Assembly (NCBI GenBank): GCA_964469905.1
Contig: CAYXZW010000001.1
Location: 134,783-198,782, forward strand
Length of the DNA stretch: 64,000 bases
Reading direction: 5' to 3'
DNA from: an uncultured Smithella sp.
Lineage (GTDB): Bacteria; Desulfobacterota; Syntrophia; Syntrophales; Smithellaceae
The position numbers and the translations under genes were made by a program. This document shows positions 38,979 through 53,072 of the stretch, in pieces; position 1 is the first letter of the stretch; each line of letters opens with the position of its first letter. Below the pieces are notes generated by a model that ran no database searches, had not been told where the DNA came from, and saw only the letters and a list, made by a program, of their open reading frames with translations.

Positions 38979-40172
38979 TTATGTATGGAAAATTGCATCA
39001 GTGACAGCCGCAATTTTTTTCATTTCGACGACATCATGGACTCGAACAATATGACAGCCATTCATTATTGATGCAACAACTGTAGCCGCCGTACCTTCTA
39101 TCCTCTGTTTAGGTTCTTCGCCTGTAATTTTACCAATAAACGCTTTACGGGATGTTCCGATCATTATCGGCAAACCCAGTGTTTTCAATTCACCAAGGTT
39201 GTTGATGATCCTGTAATTATCTTCCAAAATTTTTCCGAAGCCGATGCCCGGATCGAGAACTAAAGATTGTTTTTCAATCCCTGCAATCATAGCTTTTTCG
39301 ATACTTTTTCTCAGATAATCTATTATTTCCCCCATCAAATTGCTGTATTTTAAATCTCCCTTTTGCATGGTTTGCGGCTTACCGCGCATATGCATAAGAA
39401 TCATCGCAGCCCGGCCTTCGCTGACAGCAGGCATCATCTTCTTATCTTTATGGCCGGCGCTTATATCATTCACTATTTCCGCGCCCGCGGCAATTGCTTC
39501 TCTGGCAACGGCAGCTTTGGTAGTGTCAATAGAAATTGGTGTCTTGGACTGTCGGGAAATCTCTTTGATTACAGTGATGACTCTTTTTAATTCTTCCTTT
39601 ACAGAAACTGGTGCGGCACCAGGCCGAGATGATTCTCCGCCGATATCGATGATATCTGCTCCCTGGGCGATCATCTGCAATCCATGATCTACTGCTTTAT
39701 GCTGATTATAATAAAGGTCGCCATCAGAAAAAGAATCAGGAGTCACATTCAGGATACCCATTATCTGTGTTTTGTGCCCTAATGGAATTTCCCGGTGTGA
39801 TGTCTTTAAAATAAATTTTGTTTGCTGCGCATTCATCAGGACTTCCAGGAGCTCCTGCGAAATCTGATTTAGCCCAAAAGGTTGTCTGGCGAGTTTTCCG
39901 GCCAGCGCCATAATCTGCTTAATCGTCCCCATAATTAAAACATCGGTCGAAGCAACACTGTTTCCGACACTTCCCCGCGCTACAGCTGCATCTCCACCAA
40001 CTGATAACATTTCCTGCTTGATGATATTTCCTATCCTGCATGATTTGTTTTCCAGTAAGATATTGATATGAATAGTTTTTGGCAGCATAGCGTCAACACC
40101 ATAGGGATCAACGCCGATTTTTTTCATAATCGCTGTTGCTTGAGCTGAATCTCTAATACTAATGATTTTCAC
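38979..40172 (-). CDS. folP: Dihydropteroate synthase with a ~130-aa N-terminal extension
   Basis: The C-terminal 265 aa are a pterin-binding domain (IMGILNVTPDSFSDG...IIDIGGESSRPGA...VNDISAG...DPGIGFGK). The N-terminal 130 aa form an additional domain. Confidence 0.85.
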   Translation of the reverse strand: MKIISIRDSAQATAIMKKIGVDPYGVDAMLPKTIHINILLENKSCRIGNIIKQEMLSVGGDAAVARGSVGNSVASTDVLIMGTIKQIMALAGKLARQPFGLNQISQELLEVLMNAQQTKFILKTSHREIPLGHKTQIMGILNVTPDSFSDGDLYYNQHKAVDHGLQMIAQGADIIDIGGESSRPGAAPVSVKEELKRVITVIKEISRQSKTPISIDTTKAAVAREAIAAGAEIVNDISAGHKDKKMMPAVSEGRAAMILMHMRGKPQTMQKGDLKYSNLMGEIIDYLRKSIEKAMIAGIEKQSLVLDPGIGFGKILEDNYRIINNLGELKTLGLPIMIGTSRKAFIGKITGEEPKQRIEGTAATVVASIMNGCHIVRVHDVVEMKKIAAVTDAIFHT

Positions 40173-40227
40173 ACGGATATCTCAAATTTAATTTATTCAG
40201 AGATAAATCTGCCACAGAATTAAATTA

Positions 40228-42057
40228 CTATGAAACGCTTTTGAAATCCTCTACTGGCGGCTGTTTGGGTAAAGCATCACCGATCAGGGCATCGATTTCC
40301 GCCCCGTTTAACACTTCCTTCTCCAGAAGTTCATTAGCTATTTTGTGCAGTATATCAATATTTCCATTTAATAGTTCTTTTGCTTTCTCATAATTACCCA
40401 TTACTAAGGTCTGAACTTCGATGTCGATAGTTCTTGCAGTTTCTTCGCTGTAATCCTTATGGGTTGCAAATTCCCTACCCAGGAATATTTGTTCTTCTTT
40501 TTTTCCATAGCTTAAAGGCCCCAACTTCTTGCTCATTCCCCATTCACAAACCATTTTTCGGGCAAGATTGGTCGCCCGCTCTATATCATTGCCCGCACCT
40601 GTTGTGAAATCATGCAGGACTATTTCTTCCGCAGCCCGCCCGCCTAAAAGGATTGTGATGTTATTGTCTAAATATTGTCGGGGATAAGTATGCTTTTCGT
40701 CTATAGGCAATTGCTGGGTTAAGCCCAAAGCTCTTCCTCTTGGTATAATCGTCACTTTATGAATAGGATCGGTGCCCAGCATCAAACGGGCAACCAGAGC
40801 GTGTCCAGTTTCATGGTAAGCCGTATTGCGCTTTTCCAGATCACTTATGACCATAGTCCTTCTTTCGGTACCCATTAATATTTTATCTTTAGCAAATTCA
40901 AAATCGCTCATATTGACTTTGTCTTTATTTACACGGGCAGCACAAAGAACAGCTTCATTAACCAGATTTTCAATATCTGCTCCTGATGTTCCGGGTGTTC
41001 CTCTGGCCAGCACGGCAAAATCAACATCCTCGGCAATGGGAGCTTTACGCGAATGCACCTCAAAAATCATTTCCCGCCCTTTAACATCCGGCAGAGGTAC
41101 AATGACCTGGCGATCAAACCTTCCGGGGCGCAAAAGCGCAGGATCAAGAACATCGGGACGGTTTGTCGCCGAAATGAGGATCACTCCTTCATTGGATTCA
41201 AATCCATCCATTTCCACCAGTAATTGATTGAGTGTTTGTTCTCTTTCATCATGGCCGCCGCCTAAGCCCGCTCCGCGATGCCGGCCTACTGCATCTATTT
41301 CATCGATAAAAATAATGCAGGGCGCATTTTTTTTTGCCTGGCCAAATAAGTCGCGGACACGCGATGCTCCAACACCGACAAACATTTCCACAAAATCAGA
41401 ACCGCTGATACTCAAAAAGGGGACATCAGCTTCGCCGGCAATTGCACGTGCCAGAAGAGTTTTACCGGTTCCTGGAGGACCGACCAGCAATAAACCTTTG
41501 GGAATTCTTCCACCGAGTTTAGTGTATTTTTTGGGATCTTTTAAAAAATCAATAACTTCTTCCAATTCGGCCTTCGCTTCATCGATACCGGCAACATCGG
41601 CAAAAGTTACTTTTTTTGATTTATCAGTAATTAAACGTGCCCTGCTTTTTCCGAAAGCCATTGCTTTACCGCCACCGGACTGCATCTGACGCATAAAGAA
41701 AATCCAGACACCGATAAGTAAAAGCATCGGAAACCAGGAAACGAGAAGAGTCATGTACCAGGGAGATTCTTCCGGCGGCCTGGCTGTAATTTTTACGCCT
41801 TTTTCCCGAAACTGGGTGACAACTTTATCATCTTTGGGTGCATATGTTTTAAAAATGTTACCATTGGTCAATTTTCCGGTTATGTTTTCACCTTGTATTG
41901 TTACTTCGCTGATCTCATTTTTTTCCAGAGATAACAGCATTTCACTATAGATTATATCCTTTTGCGAATTTTTAGGCTGATTAAAAAGCTGCCAGACCAG
42001 TAAAAATACCAGTAGGACAGTTAGTGCAAGAGCGATGTTTTTTTGAAGCTGGTTCAA
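40228..42057 (-). CDS. ftsH: ATP-dependent zinc metalloprotease FtsH
   Basis: 609 aa with two TMs, an AAA module ([20 protein letters not shown]) and the HEXXH motif in [10 protein letters not shown]. Confidence 0.95.
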   Translation of the reverse strand: MNQLQKNIALALTVLLVFLLVWQLFNQPKNSQKDIIYSEMLLSLEKNEISEVTIQGENITGKLTNGNIFKTYAPKDDKVVTQFREKGVKITARPPEESPWYMTLLVSWFPMLLLIGVWIFFMRQMQSGGGKAMAFGKSRARLITDKSKKVTFADVAGIDEAKAELEEVIDFLKDPKKYTKLGGRIPKGLLLVGPPGTGKTLLARAIAGEADVPFLSISGSDFVEMFVGVGASRVRDLFGQAKKNAPCIIFIDEIDAVGRHRGAGLGGGHDEREQTLNQLLVEMDGFESNEGVILISATNRPDVLDPALLRPGRFDRQVIVPLPDVKGREMIFEVHSRKAPIAEDVDFAVLARGTPGTSGADIENLVNEAVLCAARVNKDKVNMSDFEFAKDKILMGTERRTMVISDLEKRNTAYHETGHALVARLMLGTDPIHKVTIIPRGRALGLTQQLPIDEKHTYPRQYLDNNITILLGGRAAEEIVLHDFTTGAGNDIERATNLARKMVCEWGMSKKLGPLSYGKKEEQIFLGREFATHKDYSEETARTIDIEVQTLVMGNYEKAKELLNGNIDILHKIANELLEKEVLNGAEIDALIGDALPKQPPVEDFKSVS

Positions 42058-42115
42058 GATTATTCTCCTTAAAGTGATTACGTTAAAAAACCTTTATAAT
42101 AATATCTAATTAATC

Positions 42116-43489
42116 TCAAATAATTTCTAGCTCCAGCACATTTTTTGTTTCCGGGGTAATTTTCACCTGTTCGTTCATATGCATATTTTCTATCCAGATT
42201 ACCGCTTGCTGATCCACCACTAACATAATTTCACCCCGTTTTTGTTGAGTAATTTTATGATCAATAAAGAATGACTTAAGCTTTTTCCTTCCGGCCATAC
42301 CCAGCGGCTGAAACCAGTCCCCTTCCCTGCGATTTCGCAAAACCAGGGGAAAATGAATTTTATCCAGATCGAAATAATCTTTATTCTTCAAGGTGAAATC
42401 AATCTTATTTTTTTTCACTAACTGGAAACGGACGTTTAAATTTCTTTGTGCAAGATATACCGTGCCCGGGATTTCAACCGGATATAGATATTCCATCTGT
42501 TTTTTGCCTTCTTTGGTTCTCTCCAGAATTATATTTTCATATTCGCGTCTTGCTTCAATTCCAAAAGGAAGACTCAGTTTTTTTCCTGATTCCAGTTTAT
42601 GTAAAAGTTTGCTCAGAGAGTTGACATGTAAAAATGTGATTCCATTTTTCTGTGAACTGAAATTTTCCAGAAGCTCTTTTAGTAACCTGCGTTGAATAGC
42701 CAGCGGCAACATGCATATATACTCTATGTTTAATATAATTTTATTTTTCTGCTTTTTGATACAGGTTGTCTTTAATGCACTATTAACACTTTCCCTGATG
42801 AACTTATTCTCCTCACGCAGAATTTCAGCCATCTGTGCCAGGGCTTCATCAATTTTCGGATTATATTCATTTTTTAAATAGGGCAGAAGCTCCAGACGAA
42901 TTTTATTACGCAGATGAATGTTACTTTCATTCGAGCTGTCCTGACGAAAAGCAATGCCTGATTTATTAAGGAAATGAATTATCTCGTCGCGTGATACATC
43001 AATCAGTGGACGGATATATTTACCGTCACGCAGAGGCGTAATTCCTTTGAGTCCCTCTAAACCGCTGCCTCTCAACAGATGGAGTAATACGGTTTCCGCC
43101 TGATCCTGTAAATTATGTCCCAGGGCAATCTTGCAGGCATGATTACTTTTAGCCACTTCGTCAAAAAACTGATATCTCTGACGGCGGTAAAAATCTTCCG
43201 GGGAAAGCCCCTGCGGCACTGCTGTGTTCTCCATTTTTCGGGAAACAAAAAGCAAGCCTAATTTTTTTGCCAACCTGCTGGCCGAACGTTCGTCTTCATT
43301 AGCTTCGCGGCCCCGCAATCCGTGATTAAAATGAGCAACTACAACTTTTAGACCCATTGATGGAGCTATTTGTGCAAGGGTTACGGTGAGCGCAACAGAA
43401 TCAGGACCGCCGGAGAGTCCTATTACAACTCGCTCGTTTTGTTTTAATAAGTCGTGTTTGATTATAGTTTGTTTTACTTTTTCAATCAT
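42116..43489 (-). CDS. tilS: tRNA(Ile)-lysidine synthase
   Basis: PP-loop SGGPDSVAL and a TilS C-terminal domain. I prefer ATG 43489 (MIEKVK), 2 nt after the upstream TGA. The track start at 43495 is TTG. Confidence 0.85.
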   Translation of the reverse strand: MIEKVKQTIIKHDLLKQNERVVIGLSGGPDSVALTVTLAQIAPSMGLKVVVAHFNHGLRGREANEDERSASRLAKKLGLLFVSRKMENTAVPQGLSPEDFYRRQRYQFFDEVAKSNHACKIALGHNLQDQAETVLLHLLRGSGLEGLKGITPLRDGKYIRPLIDVSRDEIIHFLNKSGIAFRQDSSNESNIHLRNKIRLELLPYLKNEYNPKIDEALAQMAEILREENKFIRESVNSALKTTCIKKQKNKIILNIEYICMLPLAIQRRLLKELLENFSSQKNGITFLHVNSLSKLLHKLESGKKLSLPFGIEARREYENIILERTKEGKKQMEYLYPVEIPGTVYLAQRNLNVRFQLVKKNKIDFTLKNKDYFDLDKIHFPLVLRNRREGDWFQPLGMAGRKKLKSFFIDHKITQQKRGEIMLVVDQQAVIWIENMHMNEQVKITPETKNVLELEII

Positions 43490-43491
43490 AA

Positions 43492-44136
43492 TCAATAAAA
43501 TATTGAACTAATCTCTGAAAGGTTTTCACAATAATAATCTGCAGACGCTGCCAATAAAATTTCTCGCCTTGTCAGGCCATTTAAATACGCGCAACTCAAT
43601 ATTCCTGAGTATTTAGCCAACGTAATATCGTTTATGCCATCACCAACGATAACCGTTTTTCCTTTTTCCATGCCGTATTTCTCTAACAAATAATCCACTA
43701 AACGCTTATCGGGTTTCTTATAGGGTAGTGTACCATCTCCCACTATTTCCACAAAATACTTTTCTATGCCTAAACCCTTACTGATGGCCTGTGTGAAATC
43801 ATACCTCTTATTGGTGAGAATGACCTTCTTTTTATTTTGAAAATATTGCAACAGATCTTCTGCTCCTGGATGTAGCGTAGTATTATCAAGTAGATGTTCG
43901 CTATAGTAGCCGCTGAATATTTTAATCGCCTCCTGATAAAAATGAAGATGATCGGCCCCTAGTGCTCTTTCAATTAATTTTCTTACACCATCGCCGACAA
44001 AGGATATTATTTCTTCTTCCTTTTTGACCCTGAAACCAAACTGTTCCAATGTGTAATTAACTGCAGCGACCAGATCAGTGCCTGTAGAAACCAGTGTGCC
44101 ATCGAAATCAAATATCACGAAATCAATTTCTTTCAT
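43492..44136 (-). CDS. HAD-superfamily phosphatase (phosphoglycolate phosphatase-like)
   Basis: Has the DxDGT motif in FDFDGTLV, plus TNK and GDGINDI. I prefer the start at MKEIDFVIFDFDGT (44136, GGGAGA upstream). An alternative ATG is at 44154. Confidence 0.75.
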   Translation of the reverse strand: MKEIDFVIFDFDGTLVSTGTDLVAAVNYTLEQFGFRVKKEEEIISFVGDGVRKLIERALGADHLHFYQEAIKIFSGYYSEHLLDNTTLHPGAEDLLQYFQNKKKVILTNKRYDFTQAISKGLGIEKYFVEIVGDGTLPYKKPDKRLVDYLLEKYGMEKGKTVIVGDGINDITLAKYSGILSCAYLNGLTRREILLAASADYYCENLSEISSIFY

Positions 44137-44397
44137 CACATCTCCCGTCTCCATTATATCGCCAAGTAATTACTAAATACAAGGCCGTTTATTCTAATGA
44201 AACATACGATTAGACTTTATGGAAATAAACCGTCTGAATATCCGGACAACGTCAAGCCTTTATGGAATAAACTTGTAAGTGATTGGAATATTATGGTAGA
44301 AGATCCTTACACCATAATTAGAATGCGGCTTCCAGATGTGCCGTTGACCGTGCCCCCAGCTTAAAGCAATGATCTCTTAATAGAGGAATTATTCAAA

Positions 44398-46260
44398 ATG
44401 ATTGCCCTACCCGGTTATCAAATCAATCAACTTCTTTATGAGGACAGTACAAGGTTAGTATATCGGGCAACGCGCACTCACGATGATGCGGGCGTCATCA
44501 TCAAGACACTAAGCAAGGAATATCCTTCACCGGTAGATCTGGCAGAATGCAGAAAGGAATATGAAATAACTTCCTCTCTGCAAGGTGAAGGAATTATCCG
44601 GGCTTACGGTCTGGAAAAATTTGATAATCGTCAGGCTTTAATTCTGGAGGATATTGGCGGGGAATCACTGGACAGGCTGCTTGCCGCGCGCCAACTTAAT
44701 CTGCAGGAAGCACTGACACTGGCCATAAAAATTGCAGACATCATCGCGTTGATTCACGAACAGAGAGTAATTCATAGGGATATAAATCCATCAAATATTA
44801 TTTATAATCCGGAGACCGGCCAGGTCCGTATATTTGATTTCAGTCTTTCCACTAAACTATCCAGGGAAAATGTAGAAATCAGCAATCCCGATATGCTGGA
44901 AGGCACATTAGCATATATTTCTCCCGAACAAACAGGACGGATGAACAGGGCCGTTGATTACCGCACTGACATTTATTCTTTCGGTGTGACTTTGTATATG
45001 ATGCTGACAGGTTCTTTGCCTTTTACAGCGAATGATCCGATGGAGCTTATTCATGCCCATATTGCCAGACAACCGCGAGTGCCTCAGGAAATAAATCCAA
45101 TAATCCCGCCTGTTCTTACAAATGTTGTTTTAAAGCTGCTGTCCAAGATGGCCGAAGACCGTTACCAGAGCGCGTCCGGACTTAAATACGATCTGATGAA
45201 TTGCCAGGAACAATTAAACACTGCGGGTACGATAGCGTCATTTGAATTAGGCAGACATGATTTTTCCGACAGATTGCAGATATCCCAAAAACTTTATGGC
45301 CGACAAGCCCAGATAGAAATCTTACTTAAATCATTCGATTCTGTTTGTGACGGTAAGACAGAGTTGCTGCTTGTATCAGGTTATTCCGGTATCGGCAAGA
45401 CGGCGCTCATCAATGAGATCCACAAAAGGATTTCCGGCAAACAGAGTTATTTTATATCAGGCAAGTTCGATCAATATAAACGCGACCTGCCCTATTCCGC
45501 GCTCACTCAGGCGCTGGTTGATTTAATGAGACAGTTGCTGTCCGAGAAAGACGAAACCCTGGAGTTATGGCAGGCCGGTTTCCTGGGTGCATTAGGTACG
45601 AATGCCCGGCTGATGGTAGATATTGTGCCCAATCTGGAGCTGATTATTGGCCGGCAACCGGACGTTCCGGAACTTTCTGCTGAAGAAAGCAAAAATCGTT
45701 TTAATATTGTCTTTCATAATTTTATTAATGTTATTGCCACACGTGACCATCCCCTTGTTATATTTATTGATGACCTGCAATGGGCGGATTCCGCCACACT
45801 GAAACTTTTGGAAATGCTGCTCAGGAATCCGGCAGCGGGACATTTACTTTTTATCGGCGCCTATCGGAATAACGAAGTCACAGACATTCACCCACTGATG
45901 CTGACGGTGGAAGAAATCAGACAATCCGGCGCTACGGTCAACCCGATAGTCCTGAACCCGCTCACCACGGAATATATAGAACAACTGATTGGAGAGACGC
46001 TGAACTGCGATCGGGAAAAGGCACAACCGCTTGCCCTGCTTATTTTCAAAAAAACCGGTGGCAATCCATTCTTTATTAATGAATTCCTGAAGAAGCTTTA
46101 CCGGGATGAAATGATTCTTTTTGATCAAAAACAAGAGGGCTGGATATGGGATGCAAATAGCATTCAACAGATCGATATAACTGATAATGTGGTTTCGTTA
46201 ATAACTGAAAAGATAAATAAACTCCCTTCAAAAGTTCAAAGCACCCTCATGATCGCTTAG
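44398..46260 (+). CDS. N-terminal part of a giant multi-kinase: Ser/Thr protein kinase domain plus AAA_16-type ATPase, ending at an in-frame TAG
   Basis: Kinase motifs are VIIK, HRDINPSNII, DFS and SPEQTGR. P-loop is GYSGIGKTAL and Walker B is FIDDLQWAD. The ORF ends at TAG 46258-46260 but continues in the same frame (see next feature). Confidence 0.85.
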   Translation: MIALPGYQINQLLYEDSTRLVYRATRTHDDAGVIIKTLSKEYPSPVDLAECRKEYEITSSLQGEGIIRAYGLEKFDNRQALILEDIGGESLDRLLAARQLNLQEALTLAIKIADIIALIHEQRVIHRDINPSNIIYNPETGQVRIFDFSLSTKLSRENVEISNPDMLEGTLAYISPEQTGRMNRAVDYRTDIYSFGVTLYMMLTGSLPFTANDPMELIHAHIARQPRVPQEINPIIPPVLTNVVLKLLSKMAEDRYQSASGLKYDLMNCQEQLNTAGTIASFELGRHDFSDRLQISQKLYGRQAQIEILLKSFDSVCDGKTELLLVSGYSGIGKTALINEIHKRISGKQSYFISGKFDQYKRDLPYSALTQALVDLMRQLLSEKDETLELWQAGFLGALGTNARLMVDIVPNLELIIGRQPDVPELSAEESKNRFNIVFHNFINVIATRDHPLVIFIDDLQWADSATLKLLEMLLRNPAAGHLLFIGAYRNNEVTDIHPLMLTVEEIRQSGATVNPIVLNPLTTEYIEQLIGETLNCDREKAQPLALLIFKKTGGNPFFINEFLKKLYRDEMILFDQKQEGWIWDANSIQQIDITDNVVSLITEKINKLPSKVQSTLMIA

Positions 46261-51561
<5,301 letters not shown>

Positions 51562-51576
51562 AAGTGGGGGTGAAAA

Positions 51577-52230
51577 ATGCCGGAGCAGATTCAGAAACAG
51601 ACAGTTCTTATTGTCGATGATGATATTGTTAATATTAAAATACTTGGTTCAGCACTAATATCAGATTATGAAATCCTTTTTGCACTGAGTGCACAAGAAG
51701 GAATTAATAGTGCAATTTCCAATCAACCCGACATTATTCTACTTGACATTTTGATGCCGTTTATGGATGGATATGAGGCCTGCCGAAAATTAAAAGATGA
51801 TGAACGAACCAGGGACATCCCGGTAATCTTCATCACGGCAAAAGACTCTGAAGAAGATGAAGCGAAGGGATTTGATGCCGGCGCTGTTGATTATATTACT
51901 AAACCATTCAGTCTGATTGTTGCAAAGGCAAGGATAAGGACACATATCTCTCTTAATCTTACGAGTCAGGAGTTGGCAAGTAAGAATGTCATGCTTGCCG
52001 CCCGCTTAGAGGAACTGGAGAATGCCCGAAAAGAGATTAAGGACATTGAATCAATTATTCCTATCTGCTCCTATTGCAAAAAGATCCGCGACGATAAAAA
52101 TTACTGGGAACAACTGGAAAGCTATATGTATAAATATTCAGAAATGAAGTTCAGCCACAGCATCTGTCCGGATTGTTATGAAATGCACATCATACCTCAA
52201 TTGTTGCCTGATCGTGTCAAAGGGAAATGA
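51577..52230 (+). CDS. Response regulator: REC, coiled-coil linker, Cys-rich C-terminal domain (CxxC...HxxCxxC), paralog 1
   Basis: 217 aa with an intact REC (IVDDD, LLDILMP, FITAK, ITKPF). The C-terminus is IIPICSYCKKIRDDKNYWEQLESYMYKYSEMKFSHSICPDCYE. GGGGGTG RBS lies 15 nt after the giant kinase stop. Confidence 0.85.
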   Translation: MPEQIQKQTVLIVDDDIVNIKILGSALISDYEILFALSAQEGINSAISNQPDIILLDILMPFMDGYEACRKLKDDERTRDIPVIFITAKDSEEDEAKGFDAGAVDYITKPFSLIVAKARIRTHISLNLTSQELASKNVMLAARLEELENARKEIKDIESIIPICSYCKKIRDDKNYWEQLESYMYKYSEMKFSHSICPDCYEMHIIPQLLPDRVKGK

Positions 52231-52292
52231 ATTAAAACATATGGAATGATTTTAATAACATCGGCTCAAGAAGCAATAAGGAATGACAAACT

Positions 52293-52946
52293 ATGGTTGA
52301 GGATATCCCAACACAAGTGATTCTAATAATAGATGATGCCATTGCCGACATTAAGATTCTTGGATCCACATTACAGTCTAATTATAAAATACTATTTGCC
52401 CTCAATGCCCAGGAAGGAATTACCAGTGCAATTGCCAATCAACCCGATCTTATCCTTCTGGACATAATTATGCCGGGGATGGACGGATATGAGGCCTGCC
52501 GTCAATTACAAACCGATGAAAGAACCAGACACATCCCGATCATCTTTATTACCGCCAAAACCGCTGAGGAAGATGAGATAAAGGGCTTTGCCCTGGGAGC
52601 GTTGGACTATATAACCAAGCCTTTTAACCCCATTATTGTAAAAGCTCGAGTGCGTACTCATATATCGCTCAGACTTGCCACCCTTGATTTGGCAAGAAAG
52701 AATATCATGCTTGCCGCTCGTGTAGAAGAACTGGAGAAAGCCAGAAACGAGATCAAGGCCATTGAGTCAATTATTCCTATCTGTTCATATTGCAAAAAGA
52801 TTCGTGACGATAAAAATTACTGGGATCAGTTGGAAAGCTATCTGCGCAGAAATACGGAACTTAAGTTCAGTCATAGCGTTTGTCCGAGTTGTTACGAACA
52901 GCACGTCATACCTCAAATTTCACCTGTTGTTGGTAAAGAAAAGTAG
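52293..52946 (+). CDS. Response regulator: REC, coiled-coil linker, Cys-rich C-terminal domain, paralog 2
   Basis: 217 aa, colinear with paralog 1 over its full length. The C-terminus is IIPICSYCKKIRDDKNYWDQLESYLRRNTELKFSHSVCPSCYE. AAGGAA RBS is present. Confidence 0.85.
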   Translation: MVEDIPTQVILIIDDAIADIKILGSTLQSNYKILFALNAQEGITSAIANQPDLILLDIIMPGMDGYEACRQLQTDERTRHIPIIFITAKTAEEDEIKGFALGALDYITKPFNPIIVKARVRTHISLRLATLDLARKNIMLAARVEELEKARNEIKAIESIIPICSYCKKIRDDKNYWDQLESYLRRNTELKFSHSVCPSCYEQHVIPQISPVVGKEK

Positions 52947-53006
52947 CAGGTTCAATAATCATGAGTATTGACGGAGACATCACCATTAAACACCTATCAT
53001 ATTCCC

Positions 53007-53036
53007 TTGACAAGGCCTGATTTACCTTCCTATACT
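53007..53036 (+). promoter_or_regulatory. Near-consensus sigma70-type promoter inside the track ORF's 5' extension
   Basis: TTGACA (53007-53012), an 18-nt spacer, then TATACT (53031-53036), 37 nt upstream of ATG 53073. Confidence 0.4.
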
Positions 53037-53072
53037 CCAAAAGTACGAAATCGATTGGAGAAGTTACGGCAA

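Noticed and set aside
46258-46260. The in-frame TAG read as pyrrolysine or as a globally reassigned sense codon
   Set aside because: TAG is plainly used as an ordinary terminator in this window: the giant gene itself at 51559-51561, paralog-2 RR at 52944-52946, and panB at 56831-56833. No pyl genes or methylamine methyltransferases are visible here, and the aligned position is expected to be a small residue. This cannot be fully excluded without the whole genome, so it is kept only as a low-prior alternative inside the finding.
52947-53072. A SAM (S-box) riboswitch upstream of the yitJ-like gene, as found for B. subtilis yitJ
   Set aside because: The available 126 nt show none of the conserved S-box core elements or the four-helix arrangement when read by eye. 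A plain promoter fits better.
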